Part shown: piece after piece, positions 1 to 13,612 of the stretch | Position numbering within the stretch: the stretch's first letter is position 1 | Layout: each line of letters begins with the position of its first letter | Assembly: GCA_964016885.1 (NCBI GenBank) | Contig: OZ024760.1 | Span: 34,162,001 to 34,226,000, forward strand | From: Eledone cirrhosa | Lineage: Eukaryota | Direction: 5' to 3' | Length of the DNA: 64,000 nt | Notes under the pieces: model-generated | Databases searched by the model: none | Seen by the model: only the letters and a program-made list of their open reading frames with translations | Told to the model about the DNA's origin: nothing | Position numbers and translations under genes: made by a program

Positions 1-935
1 AACACTATGATGTCCCTATATATCACTATAATGTCCCTATATATCACTATAATGTCCCTATATAACACTATGATGTCCCTATATATCACTATAATGTCCC
101 TATATAACACTATGATGTCCCTATATATCACTATGATATCCCTAAATATCACTATAATATCCCTATGTATGCCTATAATGTCTCTAAATATCACTATAAT
201 GTCCCTATATATCACTATAATGTCCCTATATACCACTATAATGTCCCTATATATCACTATAATGTCCCTATATCCCTATAATGTCTCTAAATATCACTAT
301 AATGTCCCTATATATCACTCTAATGTCCCTATATCCCTATAATGTCCCTATATAACACTATGATGTCCATATATATCACTATGATATCCCTAAATATCAC
401 TATAGTGTCCCTATATATCACTATAATGTCCCTATATATCACTATAAGGCCCCTATATATCACTATGATATCCCTATATATCACTATAATGTCCGTATAT
501 ATCACTATGATATCCCTATATATCACTATGATGTCCCTATATATCACTATAATGTCCCTATATATCACTATAATGCCCCTATACCTATATATCACTATAA
601 TGTCCCTATATATCACTATGATGTCCCTATATATCACTATAATGTCCCTATATAACACTATGATATCCCTATATATCACTATGATGTCCCTATATATATC
701 ACTATAATGTCCCTATATATCACTATAATGTCCCTATATATCACTATAATGCCTCTATATATCACTATAATGTCCCTATATATCCATATAATGTCCCTAT
801 ATATCACTATGATATCCCTATATATCACTATGATATCCCTATATATCACTATATTGTCCCTATATATCACTATGATATCCCTATATATCACTATGATATC
901 CCTATATATCGCTATATTGTCCCTATATATCCACC
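1..935. repeat. 21-bp minisatellite (consensus ~ATATCACTATAATGTCCCTAT)
   Basis: Unit directly visible; 7-aa periodic translations (MSLYITI)n. Confidence 0.95.
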
Positions 936-1060
936 ATGATTTAAATTAATGTTATATATTTAACCAGATCCCAGTGTGGACTGTCCATCATAAACTTTAT
1001 CTCGGAATATGTTGTTAAGGTATGTTCCAAACACCAGCTCATTCATGTTTACTAAATGTT

Positions 1061-4000
1061 TCACTAGAAATATAGCAAAGAAAGGGTTAATGACATAGAC
1101 AGTGTCTTTCATTAGAAATATGGTAATGAAAGGGTTAATGACATAGACAGTGTCCTTCATTAGTAATATGGTAATGAAAGGATTAATGACATAGACAGTG
1201 TCCTTCATTAGTAATATGGTAATGAAAGGATTAATGACATAGACAGTGTCTTTCATTAGAAAAATGGTAATGAAAGGGTTAATGACATAGACAGTGTCTT
1301 TCATTAGAAATATGGTAATGAAAGGATTAATGACATAGACAGTGTCTTTCATTAGAAATATGGTAATGAAAGGGTTAATGACATAGACAGTGTCTTTCAT
1401 TAGAAATATGGCAATGAAAGGATTAATGACATAGACAGTGTCATTCATTAGAAATATGGTAATGAAAGGATTAATGACATAGACAGTGTCTTTCATTAGA
1501 AATATGGTAATGAAAGGGTTAATGACATAGACAATGTCTTTCATTAGAAATATGGTAATGAAAGGATTAATGACATAGACAGTGTCCTTCATTAGTAATA
1601 TGGTAATGAAAGGATTAATGACATAGACAGTGTCTTTCATTAGAAATATGGTAATGAAAGGATTAATGACATAGACAATGTCTTTCATTAGAAATATGGT
1701 AATGAAAGGATTAATGACATAGACAATGTCTTTCATTAGAAATATGGTAATGAAAGGGTTAATGACATAGACAGTGTCTTTCATTAGAAATATGGTAATG
1801 AAAGGGTTAATGACATAGACAGTGTCTTTCATTAGAAATATGGTAATGAAAGGATTAATGACATAGACAATGTCTTTCATTAGAAATATGGTAATGAAAG
1901 GATTAATGACATAGACAATGTCTTTCATTAGAAATATGGTAATGAAAGGGTTAATGACATAGACAGTGTCTTTCATTAGTAATATGGTAATGAAAGGATT
2001 AATGACATAGACAATGTCTTTCATTAGAAATATGGTAATGAAAGGATTAATGACATAGACAGTGTCTTTCATTAGTAATATGGTAATGAAAGGATTAATG
2101 ACATAGACAATGTCTTTCATTAGAAATATGGTAATGAAAGGATTAATGACATAGACAGTGTCTTTCATTAGTAATATGGTAATGAAAGGATTAATGACAT
2201 AGACAATGTCTTTCATTAGAAATATGGTAATGAAAGGATTAATGACATAGACAGTGTCTTTCATTAGTAATATGGTAATGAAAGGATTAATGACATAGAC
2301 AATGTCTTTCATTAGAAATATGGTAATGAAAGGATTAATGACATAGACAGTGTCTTTCATTAGAAATATGGTAATGAAAGGATTAATGACATAGACAGTG
2401 TCTTTCATTAGAAATATGGTAATGAAAGGATTAATGACATAGACAGTGTCTTTCATTAGAAATATGGTAATGAAAGGGTTAATGACATAGACATTGTCTT
2501 TCATTAGAAATATGGTAATGAAAGGATTAATGACATAGACAGTGTCATTCATTAGTAATATGGTAATGAAAGGATTAATGACATAGACAGTGTCTTTCAT
2601 TAGAAATATGGTAATGAAAGGATTAATGACATAGACAACTTTCATTAGAAATATGGTAATGAAAGGGTTAATGACATAGGCAGTGTCTTTCATTAGAAAT
2701 ATGGTAATGAAAGGGTTAATGACATAGTCAGTGTCTTTCATTAGAAATATGGTAATGAAAGGGTTAATGACATAGGCAGTGTCTTTCATTAGAAATATGG
2801 TAATGAAAGGGTTAATGACATAGACAGTGTCTTTCATTAGAAATATGGTAATGAAAGGATTAATGACATAGACAGTGTCTTTCATTAGTAATATGGTAAT
2901 GAAAGGATTAATGACATAGACAGTGTCATTCATTAGAAATATGGTAATGAAAGGATTAATGACATAGACAGTGTCATTCATTAGAAATATGGTAATGAAA
3001 GGATTAATGACATAGACAGTGTCTTTCATTAGAAATATGGTAATGAAAGGGTTAATGACATAGGCAGTGTCTTTCATTAGAAATATGGTAATGAAAGGGT
3101 TAATGACATAGGCAGTGTCTTTCATTAGAAATATGGTAATGAAAGGGTTAATGACATAGACAGTGTCCTTCATTAGAAATATGGTAATGAAAGGGTTAAT
3201 GACATAGACAGTGTCATTCATTAGAAATATGGTAATGAAAGGATTAATGACATAGACAGTGTCATTCATTAGAAATATGGTAATGAAAGGGTTAATGACA
3301 TAGACAATGTCTTTCATTAGAAATATGGTAATGAAAGGATTAATGATATAGGCAGTGTCTTTCATTAGAAATATGGTAATGAAAGGGTTAATGACATATA
3401 CAGTGTCTTTCATTAGGAATATGGTAATGAAAGGGTTAATGACATATACAGTATCTTTCATTAGAAATATGGTAATGAGGGGATAAAGACATAAAAAGTG
3501 TCTTTCATTAGAAATATGTTAATGAAAGGGTTAATGACATAGGCAGTGTCTTTCATTAGAAATGTGGTAATGAAAGGGTTAAAGTTATAGACAATGTCTT
3601 TCATTAGAAATATGGCAATGAAAGGGTTAAAGATATAGACAATGTCTTTCATTAGAAATATGGCAATGATAGGGTTAAAGATATAGACAGTGTCTTACAT
3701 CAGAAATATAGAAATGAAAGGGTTAATGACATAGACAGTGTCTTACATTAGAAATATGGAAATGAAAGGGTTAAAGATATAGACATTGTCTTTCATTAGT
3801 AATATGGTAATGAAACGGTTAATGACATAGACAGTGTCTTTCATTAGAAATATGGTAATGAAAGGGTTAGTGTCTTTCATTAGAAATATGGTAATGAAGC
3901 GGATAAAGACATAGACAGTGTCTTTCATTAGAAATATTGTAATGAAAGGGTTAATGACATAGACAGTGTCTTTCATTAGAAATATGGTAATGAAAGGCTT

Positions 4001-4384
4001 AATGACATACAGTGTCTTTCATTAGAAATATGGTAATGGAAGGGTTAATGACATAGACAGTGTCTTTCATTAGAAATGGGGTAATGAAAGAGTTAATGAC
4101 ATAGACAGTGTCTTTCATTAGAAATATGGTAATGAAAGGGTTAATGACATAGACAGCTTCTTTCATTAGAAATATGGTAATGAAAGGGTTAATGACATAG
4201 ACAGTGTCTTTCATTAGAAATATGGTAATGAAAGGATTAATGACATAGACAGTGTCTTTCATTAGTAATATTGCAATGAAAGGGTTAAAGATATAGACAG
4301 TGTCTTACATCAGAAATATGGAAATGAGACGGATAAAGATATAGACAGTGTCTTCCATTAGAAATATAGTAATGAAAGGGTTAA
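1061..4384. repeat. 48-bp minisatellite (TGACATAGACAGTGTCTTTCATTAGAAATATGGTAATGAAAGG(G/A)TTAA), ~69 units, more diverged toward the right end
   Basis: Direct tandem periodicity; minus-strand ORF is a pure 16-aa repeat MKDTVYVINPFITIFL. Confidence 0.95.
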
Positions 4385-4532
4385 TATATATTTTTCTATC
4401 AGCACCACATAAGAGGGTAGATATTAATATTTACTCCTCTAGAAATTATCTAAGACTTTGGTCTCTTTCATATATCCTTCAATAGATTAGAACTGATAAA
4501 ACTGAATCAGGTCAAACGGTTTTCAACAAGAT

Positions 4533-4574
<42 letters not shown>

Positions 4575-4933
4575 TATATATATAATTATGTGTATGTATT
4601 ATTATTTCATATACAGATTTAAATATGACAAGCTTTAGTTACTTAATTATCTTTGCTAACTCACAATAGTGTAGGACTTTGTAACATGTGCTATGGTTAC
4701 ACTAAGGGGTTTCAGATGCCCTAGCAGTCGTGAGCTGATACAGAAACCCTCTCAACCCCTTATCTCCCTCCTTTGATCCTGCAGAACATCTAGGATGTGA
4801 TGGCTGGAAGAAGAAAGGGCTGCCGCTGGACTGGTACTTTCTTTATCGACCCCCAAATGGGGGGAGGGGTGAACTCACAATACAGAGACCCAGAATATAT
4901 ATCAAAAACTCTAACGACATGATTTCCTTTATA

Positions 4934-4990
<57 letters not shown>

Positions 4991-4994
<4 letters not shown>

Positions 4995-6595
4995 TCATCA
5001 TCATCATTTTACGTCCGCTTTTCCCTGCTTGCAAGGGTGGGACGCGTCTTATTCAGCACAGCATCTCTCCACTCGTCACAGTCCTTCGTCATCTCCACCG
5101 TGAGCTTCAATGATCTGAGGTCTGTTCTCACCACCTCCGCCTATGTTTTTCGTGGTCTACCTCTACTACATCTTCCTTCAACTGACATTTCCTGGCACTT
5201 CTTCACCCATCGGTCATCCTCCATATCACATGTCCATACCAGCTCAGTCTCCTCTCCCATACACTACATTCTATCCCTCTTAGACACAGTTTCTCTCTCA
5301 ACACATTTATGCTGGGTCGTTCACGCACATTTACACTGCACATCCAACGGAGCATGCTTGCCTTATTTCTCTCCAGCCGTCGCATATCCTCTGAAGTTGC
5401 TGCCCATGTTTCACTACCATGCAGCATTGCGCTCCTCACACAGGCCTTTCATACAACCAGCCTTTCATACGCAGGCAGAAACCCTTCTTCATCAGCAGAG
5501 GAAGCAGCTCCCTAATCTTCTTCCAACCCCTCCTTATTCTAGATACTATGGCCTCGGAACACCCTCCTCCCATGCTAATCTGATCTCCTAGGTACCGGAA
5601 GCTATCCACCACTTCTATAGCGCCCTCCTGCATTTGAAAAATGTGTCTATCAATGCGACTTCTACTGTCTAATTTCCCTGTACATCTACTGCATACATAT
5701 TTCTCCCTACCTGTTAGTTTGCCTGCTATCCCACTACATCTCTTGTGTACCCAGGATCTGCATTGTGTGCATTTTATAGAATTTATGCCAGTTCCTTTTC
5801 TGCATATTGAACATGGCCATTTCCCTGACGGAATCAGGGTTTTGTCCTCTTTTCTACTCATCAACACTTTTGTCTTAGCTAGATTCACTCTCAGTCCTCT
5901 TGATTCCAACTGCTGTTTCCATAGCCAGAATTTATTCTCTAGCTCCTCTACTGATTCTGCTATAAGAACCAGATCGTCAGCATAGAGAAGTTCCCATGGA
6001 CAGCCAGTCTTAAACTCCTCTGTTATGGCTTGGAGGACTATAATGAACAAGAGCGAGCTGAGTACCGAACCTTGATGTACTCCTACTTGTATCTGGAATT
6101 CCTCACTAAACTCCATTCCTGCCCTGACTTTACTGAGAGTACCTCTGTACAAAGTTTGCACTGTCCTCAACACCTAGCTTCCTTAGGGCCCACCAGATGA
6201 CAGATCGAGGTACCCTATCAAAGGCCTTCTCTAGGTCAACAAAGGCTAAGTATAGTGGCTTATTTTTCTCTAAGAACCTCTCTTGCAATTGTCTCACCAA
6301 GAAGAGGGCATCTGTTGTACTCTTCCCAGGCACAAAACCAAACTGCATCTCATCTAGTTTGACCCTTTCTCTAATTAGTTGTGCTAATATCCTTTCTGCC
6401 ACTTTCATGACCTGATCCATCAGTTTTATACCCCTATAATTGCTCCTCTCCAGAGCATCCCCTTTACCTTTGTAGCAATTTATGAGAATACTGCTGCACC
6501 AGTCTTTGGGTATGACACCACCATATATAGCCTGATTGATGATGCGTGCAACCAGTTTGGTGCCTATGTCCCCTGATGCCTTCAGCATCTCAGCA
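4991..6595 (-). mobile_element. RTE-clade LINE, 5'-truncated, frameshifted (copy 1), with (ATG)n 3' tail
   Basis: RT motifs NYRGIKL, QFGFVPGKSTTDA, FVDLEKAFDRV, GVHQGSVLS, LYADDL, FRYLG split over several ORFs; ends in TAAAA(TGA)n next to (AT)n. Confidence 0.92.
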
Positions 6596-9028
6596 CTTCT
6601 GGGTCAGTGCAAACACCCTGTTCGTTACCTCACCCCAGTTCTTCTCAACCTAGAGCTCTGGTCCGAACCAGACCCGAGCAACTTCACCGGGCCCTCCGTC
6701 CAGCGCCCGACGACGCCATCGGAGGGCATCGATCTGCCCCTCCACGTGCCGAGTTGCAGACCGATCGACTTGTCCCGGTTGAGCTTAGCCCCTGTAAACC
6801 TTTCGTACTCCTCTAGTAAGGTGCCGATCGCCCCGATTTCCGAGGCCGTCGACACCATTACTGTTACGTCGTCGGCGTAGGCCGACACCGCTTTCCGCAA
6901 TCCCGGTTCCAACGGGATGCCCTGCAACAACTCCAACTTCCGCAGCAGTGGCTCTAGAATCATTACATACAGAAGGGAGGAGAGAGGGCACCCTTGTCGG
7001 ATGGACCGCGCGATTTTGAACGGCTCCGAGAGGTAGCCGTTCACCTTGACCCTAGAGCAGATGCGGCTGCTGTGCATGGCATTGATCCAGCCCCTGAAAA
7101 CGGGTCCGAAGCCTGCCGCCGCTAGCACCGCATCCAGGTAACCATGGTCGACCCTATCGAACGCCTTAGATTGATCCAAGTTGATCAGGGCCCCACCAAA
7201 GCTGGGTTCGTTCCCAACCTCTCTATGATGTATCGCATGAGGTGGAGGTTGTCGTGGATGGACCTGGATGGGATAGCACGTCTGCGCATCTCCCACCAGG
7301 TTGCCCACGACAAGCGCCAACCACTTTGCTAGCACCGTGGCCAAAATCTGTAACTGTATTTAGCAGAGTTATGGGCTTGAAATTATTTATATCGTCCCCC
7401 TTGTTCTCGTCCTTCCTCACTAGCGTGACTACGCCCTTGGTCACAGCACAGGGAATTCTCCCGTTCTGTTGCCAGTTGCAGTAGACCGCGTCGAGGAGAT
7501 CGGGGAACAAGTCCGGCATAGCTAGATATAGTTCATATGGAAGATCATCGAGATCCGGGGATTTGCGTTTGCCGCATTGGCTCAGCACGTCCTCTATCTC
7601 AGCGGCTGAAATCGCCTCCTCGCAGGACTTCGCCTCCCTGTCCGAAAGACGCGGCAGGCCGTCGAGGTATGGACCGAAGTCCACATCCCCAACCGGCACC
7701 CCGCCCCTTCCGAACAATCTGGCAAAGTGCTTTTGAAAAGCCTCGCACATCTGCTTAGGTTCAAGGATCACCCGTCCATCCTGGTCTCGCAAAGACCGGA
7801 TAGTGGATCTACTCCTTCTTCTGGCTTCTGTCACGCGGGCCCAACTAACAGCTTTGGTCCCCTCGTTTCCCAGATCACGTATTTTGCTTCGGACGATGCA
7901 GCCTTCGTGTTTCGCGTCGAAGAACTGAACCAGGGCCGTTCTCGACGCTAGCACTCTGGCCACGTCGCCGCTTCTAATTGCCTCTTCTACACTATCTACC
8001 AACTCCCTTTCCTTCCTATTTCTATTTGAGGCTAACTCCTTACTAAATTCTATAGAGACTACTCTAATCTCTCTTTTGAGAGATCCCCACCACCTGCTGT
8101 TGACGATGGCGCCCGTCAACCGGTCCTTAACTAAAGTGCTAATCCGGTCCCTGTAAGCCTTACTTGCCGGTAAGGACAAGTTGAGCTTCCAGTAACCGGG
8201 TCCCTGTCTATGCGTTCTGTCAAGGTTGGCCATGCAGGTCACTAACTTGTGGTCTGAATAGCCAACCATGCGCATTTTTGGACAACTTAAAATGTCCTTA
8301 TCCTTATTTCTAACTAAGAACCTATCTAGGTACGACCTAGATGATCCGCTACGATTTGCCCAAGTCCAGGTTGGCGCAGTCGGAAAATCTAGTCGATATC
8401 TATCGGCCAGGTCAAATCGACCGATTAACCCTTTGAGGCTATTACACCCCTCTCTATCGGGACAGGCCCCTACGTAGTCCCAGTGTGCATCTAGGATACC
8501 ATTCCAGTCCCCCACTAATAGAAAGGAGCGGGACGTCCCTAGAAAAGTCTCCAGACGATGGAAGAAGTCCGGCCGCATTGACCCGAAAGGGCCGTAGACG
8601 GCTACCAACCTAAACGCTCCGCCTTCACCACTGCCAAGGTCCAGAACCACTAGTCGACCCTCCGGGTCCAAATGTACCGTCTGTGTTGCGAGACCCAGAT
8701 GTTTTTGCAGCAGAACGACAACCCAACCCCCACCTCCGGGCTGACAGAGAGATGCGTGCATCTCAAAGTCATCAAAGGTGGGGGCCAGCTGTCGCACGTT
8801 GCTGATCCGGGTTCGCAAATAACCATCACATCTATACGTTGTGACCTGAGGTCATTTAGAAGCATTGCTTGCTTCCAAGTTGAGCCCAGGCCACGCGCAT
8901 TTAAACAGCCTACTCTTAACATAGCCATGTTGGTGGTGAAGAGAAAAGGCACTTACCTCTCTGCGTCCCGGGTATCGGGCTGCACAATTTCCATGAGGGT
9001 GGGGGATGGGTTGTTGGGTGGGGTGGTG
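6596..9028 (-). mobile_element. L1/Tx1-type non-LTR retrotransposon fragment: probable end of ORF1 plus ORF2 APE endonuclease and RT, frameshifted, 3'-truncated
   Basis: APE motifs GCLNARGL, LVGDWN, SYLDRF, YSDHK, GYWKLN; RT motifs LDQSKAFDRVDH, IRQGCPLS, AYADDV; visibly more GC-rich than its flanks. Confidence 0.9.
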
Positions 9029-9078
9029 GTTTCAGAAGATCCCGTTAAGGGTGAAAGCAGCAATTCTTTGCTTAAACT
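9028..9078 (+). ncRNA. Hammerhead-like motif, family B (CAGAAGA core)
   Basis: GGUUU-CAGAAGA-U-CCC/GGG-U-GAA-AGCA/UGCU-U-AAACU. Confidence 0.6.
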
Positions 9079-9188
9079 TTAATCTGTTATTTTAATAAAT
9101 ATTTGCTCTACGGTTCTTATATATTTGATATATATTTTCCTTATCGAGCCCTCTTTGGATTTTAGTCTTCAATTTTATTATTATTACT
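9029..9188 (+). mobile_element. Solo 3' end (pLTR tail) of the PLE at 49-52 kb
   Basis: Near-identical to 52002-52161; ends in (TA)n. Confidence 0.92.
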
Positions 9189-9288
9189 ATATATATATAT
9201 ATATATATAAAGGAAGTCAAGTCGTTAGAGTTTTTGATATATGTTCTGGTTCTCTGTATTTTGAGTTCACCCCACCCACACACACACA

Positions 9289-9421
9289 CACTGTAAATGA
9301 GGTTGGTGTTAGGAAGGGCATCCAGCTGTAGAAATCAAGCCAGAATCAGTTCCCGTCCCACCCTTGCAAGCAGGGAAAAGCAGAGGTAAAATGATGATGA
9401 TGATTATGATGATGATGATGA
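9289..9421 (+). mobile_element. 3' part of SINE with RTE-derived tail
   Basis: Matches ~40130-40240 and ~40988-41110; ends CCCTTGCAAGCAGGGAAAAG...TAAAA(TGA)n. Confidence 0.85.
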
Positions 9422-9502
9422 TATATATATAGGAAAAGAGTCAGGACCCCAACAGCTGAGTTCCAGGCATTTCGACAGCCAGGTCTGAACATATATATAT
9501 AT

Positions 9503-9705
9503 GAAGTTTAATATAGAAATGTCATCTTCAGGGCTAGAACTGTTTCATTCCAAAGAAATCATTAGTAAAGCCATAATGCTTTCATATGAATGAAACAGTT
9601 CTAGTCCTGTTGAAGCCATTTCTATATTAAACTTGATATTTACACTCTACTATTGTAGTGGGTACCTTACTAACTGTGGTTACCCCCAATTGAACCTGGG
9701 ACTCA
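9503..9705. mobile_element. Inverted pair of a short pLTR-like element (family C) with degenerate HHR core
   Basis: ~9503-9550 is the reverse complement of ~9587-9635; related copies at ~31975-32090 and 39177-39320. Confidence 0.65.
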
Positions 9706-9715
9706 TATATATGTG

Positions 9716-9799
<84 letters not shown>

Positions 9800-10459
9800 T
9801 TCTTTCTTTCCCATTTCCTTAACATGTTCAACATCACATTATCTTCCCTCCAACATTTTACACCAATACAAATTCCCCCCTTTGATAATGCATAAAATGC
9901 TGAAAGCGGTAATAGACAATTATTAAATATATAAATAAATAAATAAATGCCATTGTTAATTAATAAATAAATTAACTAATACCTTAACACTTCACACAAA
10001 GTAAAATATTTTGTTTTAAACATTTTCTAACCCAGAAAAAAGAGAAAAAAATAAAAGGGAAAAAAAAATGTTCTTCCTAACAATCGTCTTTTTCTCCCTA
10101 TATATATATATATATATATATAATGTAATTCATTTTTTCACACATTTGGACCAGACCCAATTTTTCCTGCAGTGTTTGGACATTAGTTACATCAGTCTGG
10201 AATGACCTGCAAAGGTCAAAGCTATGACTCTCAGCTCTTCAGACTTTTAATCCTCCTCCCATGAATAATTTATTTTGAAACAAATAATAAAGTTATTACT
10301 AATATATCAAATAAAATAACTTTATATGATCTTCTCAGGGAAAAAAACAACTTTGTTTTAAAGAATGAAATCATTATTTTAACTCAGAAACTAATTACAG
10401 AAGAATTCTTCAGTTTCGTCAGAGACATGACAACATCCTTACTGTTGTTGATCTACATG

Positions 10460-10836
10460 TAAATACACCCAGTACACTCTGTAAAGTGGTTGGTGACAGG
10501 AATGGCATCCAGTTGTGGAGACACGGCCATCCTTTGTTAGCATGGAAGGTGGACGTTAAATGATGATGATGATGATGAGGGTGCCCAGCTGTAGGAAACT
10601 TACCAATTAAAGTTTCAGGAAGATTCTTCAATTGTGTCAATACCACGATGCCCTCCCTAGTGTTGGTGCCATGGTAAAATATACACAGCAGAGTGTGGGA
10701 ACACATGTATCTGAGATGCAGGCCCCTGGGTTATCTGAGAGATCTGTGGCTTCACTTGAGTTCTGACACTTTCTCTGATGACCCGCCCAACCCTGGCTAT
10801 CAATGAAGACACACTTTAAATGATGATGATGATGAT
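10460..10836 (+). mobile_element. Two degraded SINE/LINE 3' ends with (TGA)n tails
   Basis: CACCCAGTACACTCTGTAAAGTGGTTGG...GGACGTTAAATGATGATG; same tail type as the RTE. Confidence 0.65.
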
Positions 10837-11269
10837 AATTATATAATGAATGGAAAATATCTTTTATAAAATAAGTCACTAAGATTCAAGATAAAGACAC
10901 AAACATAAACAAATTTAATCAGTTTAGATATGAAGAACAATTATTTTAAGCACATGTTTGCCCATTGCTCGGGGTCACCATTGCTTTAAACTAGATAAAT
11001 TATATCACTCCTCTTTAATTATCTCAGATTTACAGATATATTTATATAATTTATAAAGCAGAGTAATTAAAACCAATAATCAATGGAATTATATTTTGAA
11101 AATTGGGATTAATTATTCCTCCTGATTGTCATTGCTTTAGTGACTTTTCAGGGACCCAGGCCACTTGCCCTGAGCAAGTCAGAGACTTTGGAGTAAGGTT
11201 ACGCAATAAAATAAATTAATTATTGAAGTACTAAGGTCAATTTAATTAACTTTTCCCTGCCCCCAAATT

Positions 11270-11620
11270 GCTGACCTTGTGCCCAGTATACTATTCTAGT
11301 ACAAATTTGGCCTCTATCAATTTCTTGACCTTGGCAGGATTTGAACTCAGAATGTAAAGCTTCAAAACAAATACCACAATGACAATTTATCTGATGCTCT
11401 ACCAATTATTCCAATCCTCCTCTCTGTGCTAATTTGGTTTCTAATTTGGACACAAGGCCAGAACATTTGGGGATAAGGGGCAAAGTTGATTAAATCAGTT
11501 CCAGTATTTAACTGGTACCTTATTATATCGACCACGGAAGAAGGAAAGACAAAGTTGACCTCAGCAGGATTTGAACTCAGAATGTAAAGAACCAGAACTA
11601 AAACCACAATATTTACCAAC
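11270..11620 (-). mobile_element. Two degraded tRNA-derived SINE copies (Meta-domain-like family)
   Basis: Reverse-complement B box GGATTTGAACTC and core similar to 17500-17682. Confidence 0.7.
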
Positions 11621-11929
11621 TATTTACTGTGCTTAGTTCTCTTGTAAAAGACATTAACCTTCAAACTACCCATCTACCAATTGTTTCTGTGTCAGAAATC
11701 AATATTCACTGAAGCAAAATCAATAAACACAATGGAACTATTTCTTAGAATGTGTGATTCTTATGTGAGAAGCTATGACATAGTTTTAAGATGTGTTATT
11801 TCTAAAAAGATTCATAAACAAATGCCAAAACAACTGCTTTTAATTCCTTCTTCAATATCCTCTGTCGTTTTTTTTTATGAGTCTTTTTTTGTTCTTACTT
11901 ATTTTGTTGTTGTTAGTTTTTTTGTAACT

Positions 11930-12303
11930 GGACTCTGTAAAGTGGTATTGATAAAATACACCCAGTACACTCTGTAAAGTGTACTGATAAAATACACCAA
12001 GTACACTCTGTAAAGTGGTAGTAATAACATATATCCAATACACTCTGTAAAGTGATACTGATAAAATACACCCAGTACACTCTGTAAAGTGTTGGTGCTG
12101 GTGGCATGATAAAATACACCCAGTACACTCTGTAATGTGGTTGGCATCAGGAAGGGCATCGAGCCATAGATAGCATATTAAAATATGGAATGTATGGGCA
12201 AGACATTGTCATCTAACCTATCTAGTCACATGACATGACAATATGTCCAACCCATGCTGGCATAGAAGGGAGACATAAAACAATGATGATGACGATGATG
12301 ATG
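11930..12303 (+). repeat. SINE 3' region with local tandem amplification of an irregular ~35-bp unit (AAAATACACCCAGTACACTCTGTAAAGTG), ending in (GAT)n
   Basis: About six copies of ACTCTGTAAAGTG, followed by GGAAGGGCATC and an RTE-like tail. Confidence 0.75.
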
Positions 12304-12372
12304 CTTCCATTAATTGGATGTAACTTGGAGATTATCCTGGTTTCATGTGGAATTTTGATACAGTTTTTCCTG

Positions 12373-12645
12373 TTAACCCTTTTGACACCAAGCTACCTAA
12401 AACAGCCCCCAGTTTTACGATACTAAGCTGTTTACTATAAAGTGTTTATATTTATCTAAAAAAAGTCTTCCGTTATAATTTTCTGTAAGAATTTTGTTAA
12501 ATTATGTTTCAAACAACAGCTAAGTAATAAGAAAGTTAGTTATAAAACCTATATTAAGATATGTTCCAAATGCCAGCTAAATAATGAGAAAGTTAGTTAT
12601 ATTACTAAATCCCCCCAAAATTCTTGATTATTTTCGAAATTATGG
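12373..12645 (+). mobile_element. Degraded non-autonomous DNA transposon fragment starting TTAACCCTTT (piggyBac-like terminus)
   Basis: TTAA followed by CCC start; internal TATGTTCCAAA-CCAGCT also found at 1021-1039. Confidence 0.4.
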
Positions 12646-13567
12646 GGTTAAAATAGGGATGAGCCTTGCAAGGCCTTATGGCAGGTTTCCTATCCATCAT
12701 GGATTCTTTTTGAATCAATTTTCTTTACAGTTGAATACCTTTCCTGGGGCCAACCGTTTTAGTCACCCCTTTATAATAGACAGGGGTCTAATTCCTACTA
12801 TGTTTGGTCATAATAAAATACTATACCTGTTCAACAATACTTCTCTATATAAAGTAAACCCTTTGATCATAAATTCCAACATAAACCAATCAGTTGTCAA
12901 AAACACGGAGATAGAAAGTATTACAATAACTCAAACACATCATCATATTGATTTCAATTATTTCTGTTGCCAAAACTTAGCAAAGAAAGATTTAAAAAGC
13001 TTGTTGCCTACCAAAGCCATTAATCATTAGGGTAGAGAATGGATTGGACTGAAGTCAAAATATCACCACCTGGTATAGAAGAACTGCAGAGAAGGAGGAA
13101 GACAACAAGTATTGATTGATTTCTGGAATAAAGACAGAATTTATTTTAACCCTTTTAGGTAACAGCACCTGAAACTGTTCTACTTTGAAAACAAAGCCAC
13201 AAATTTTTAAACTCTTAACATCCTGTAAATATTTAGCAGAAAAATGTCTTAAATTCATCATCATAATCATCACCAGCACCATTACCACTGCCGTCACCAT
13301 TTAACGACCATTTTTCTAAGCTGGCATGGGTTAGACATATTGTCCTGTTGTGTTCTGCTCTTATATATATATGATATATATATATAATTATATATATATA
13401 TTGTTATACTTTGGGAGGGTCATGTTGCCAATAAGAAACACGCGCACCAGTTGCTTTCACTTCAATTTATTATATATTTATAAATTTATAAATTAACAAA
13501 TCTACAAACTTATAAATTTCTGGTTGGTTGGTTGGTTGGTTCCACAACCAGATAGTTGTTTATATAT

Positions 13568-13612
13568 AGTCATAGTCCTTTCGTCACACACTCTGTGACC
13601 TCTTCAGTGACT
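13568..13612 (-). ncRNA. Minimal type I hammerhead ribozyme, family A
   Basis: AGUCA-CUGAAGA-G-GUCACA/UGUGAC-GAA-AG(GA)CU-A-UGACU. Confidence 0.75.

Noticed and set aside
960-3461. 833-aa ORF as a repeat protein
   Set aside because: Pure translation of a 48-bp stop-free minisatellite with no unique domain; stops appear where the array decays.
1061-4384. CRISPR-like array
   Set aside because: No unique spacers, no cas genes, eukaryotic context.
12584-13030. 148-aa ORF as a host gene
   Set aside because: Overlaps decayed repeat fragments; no recognisable domain.
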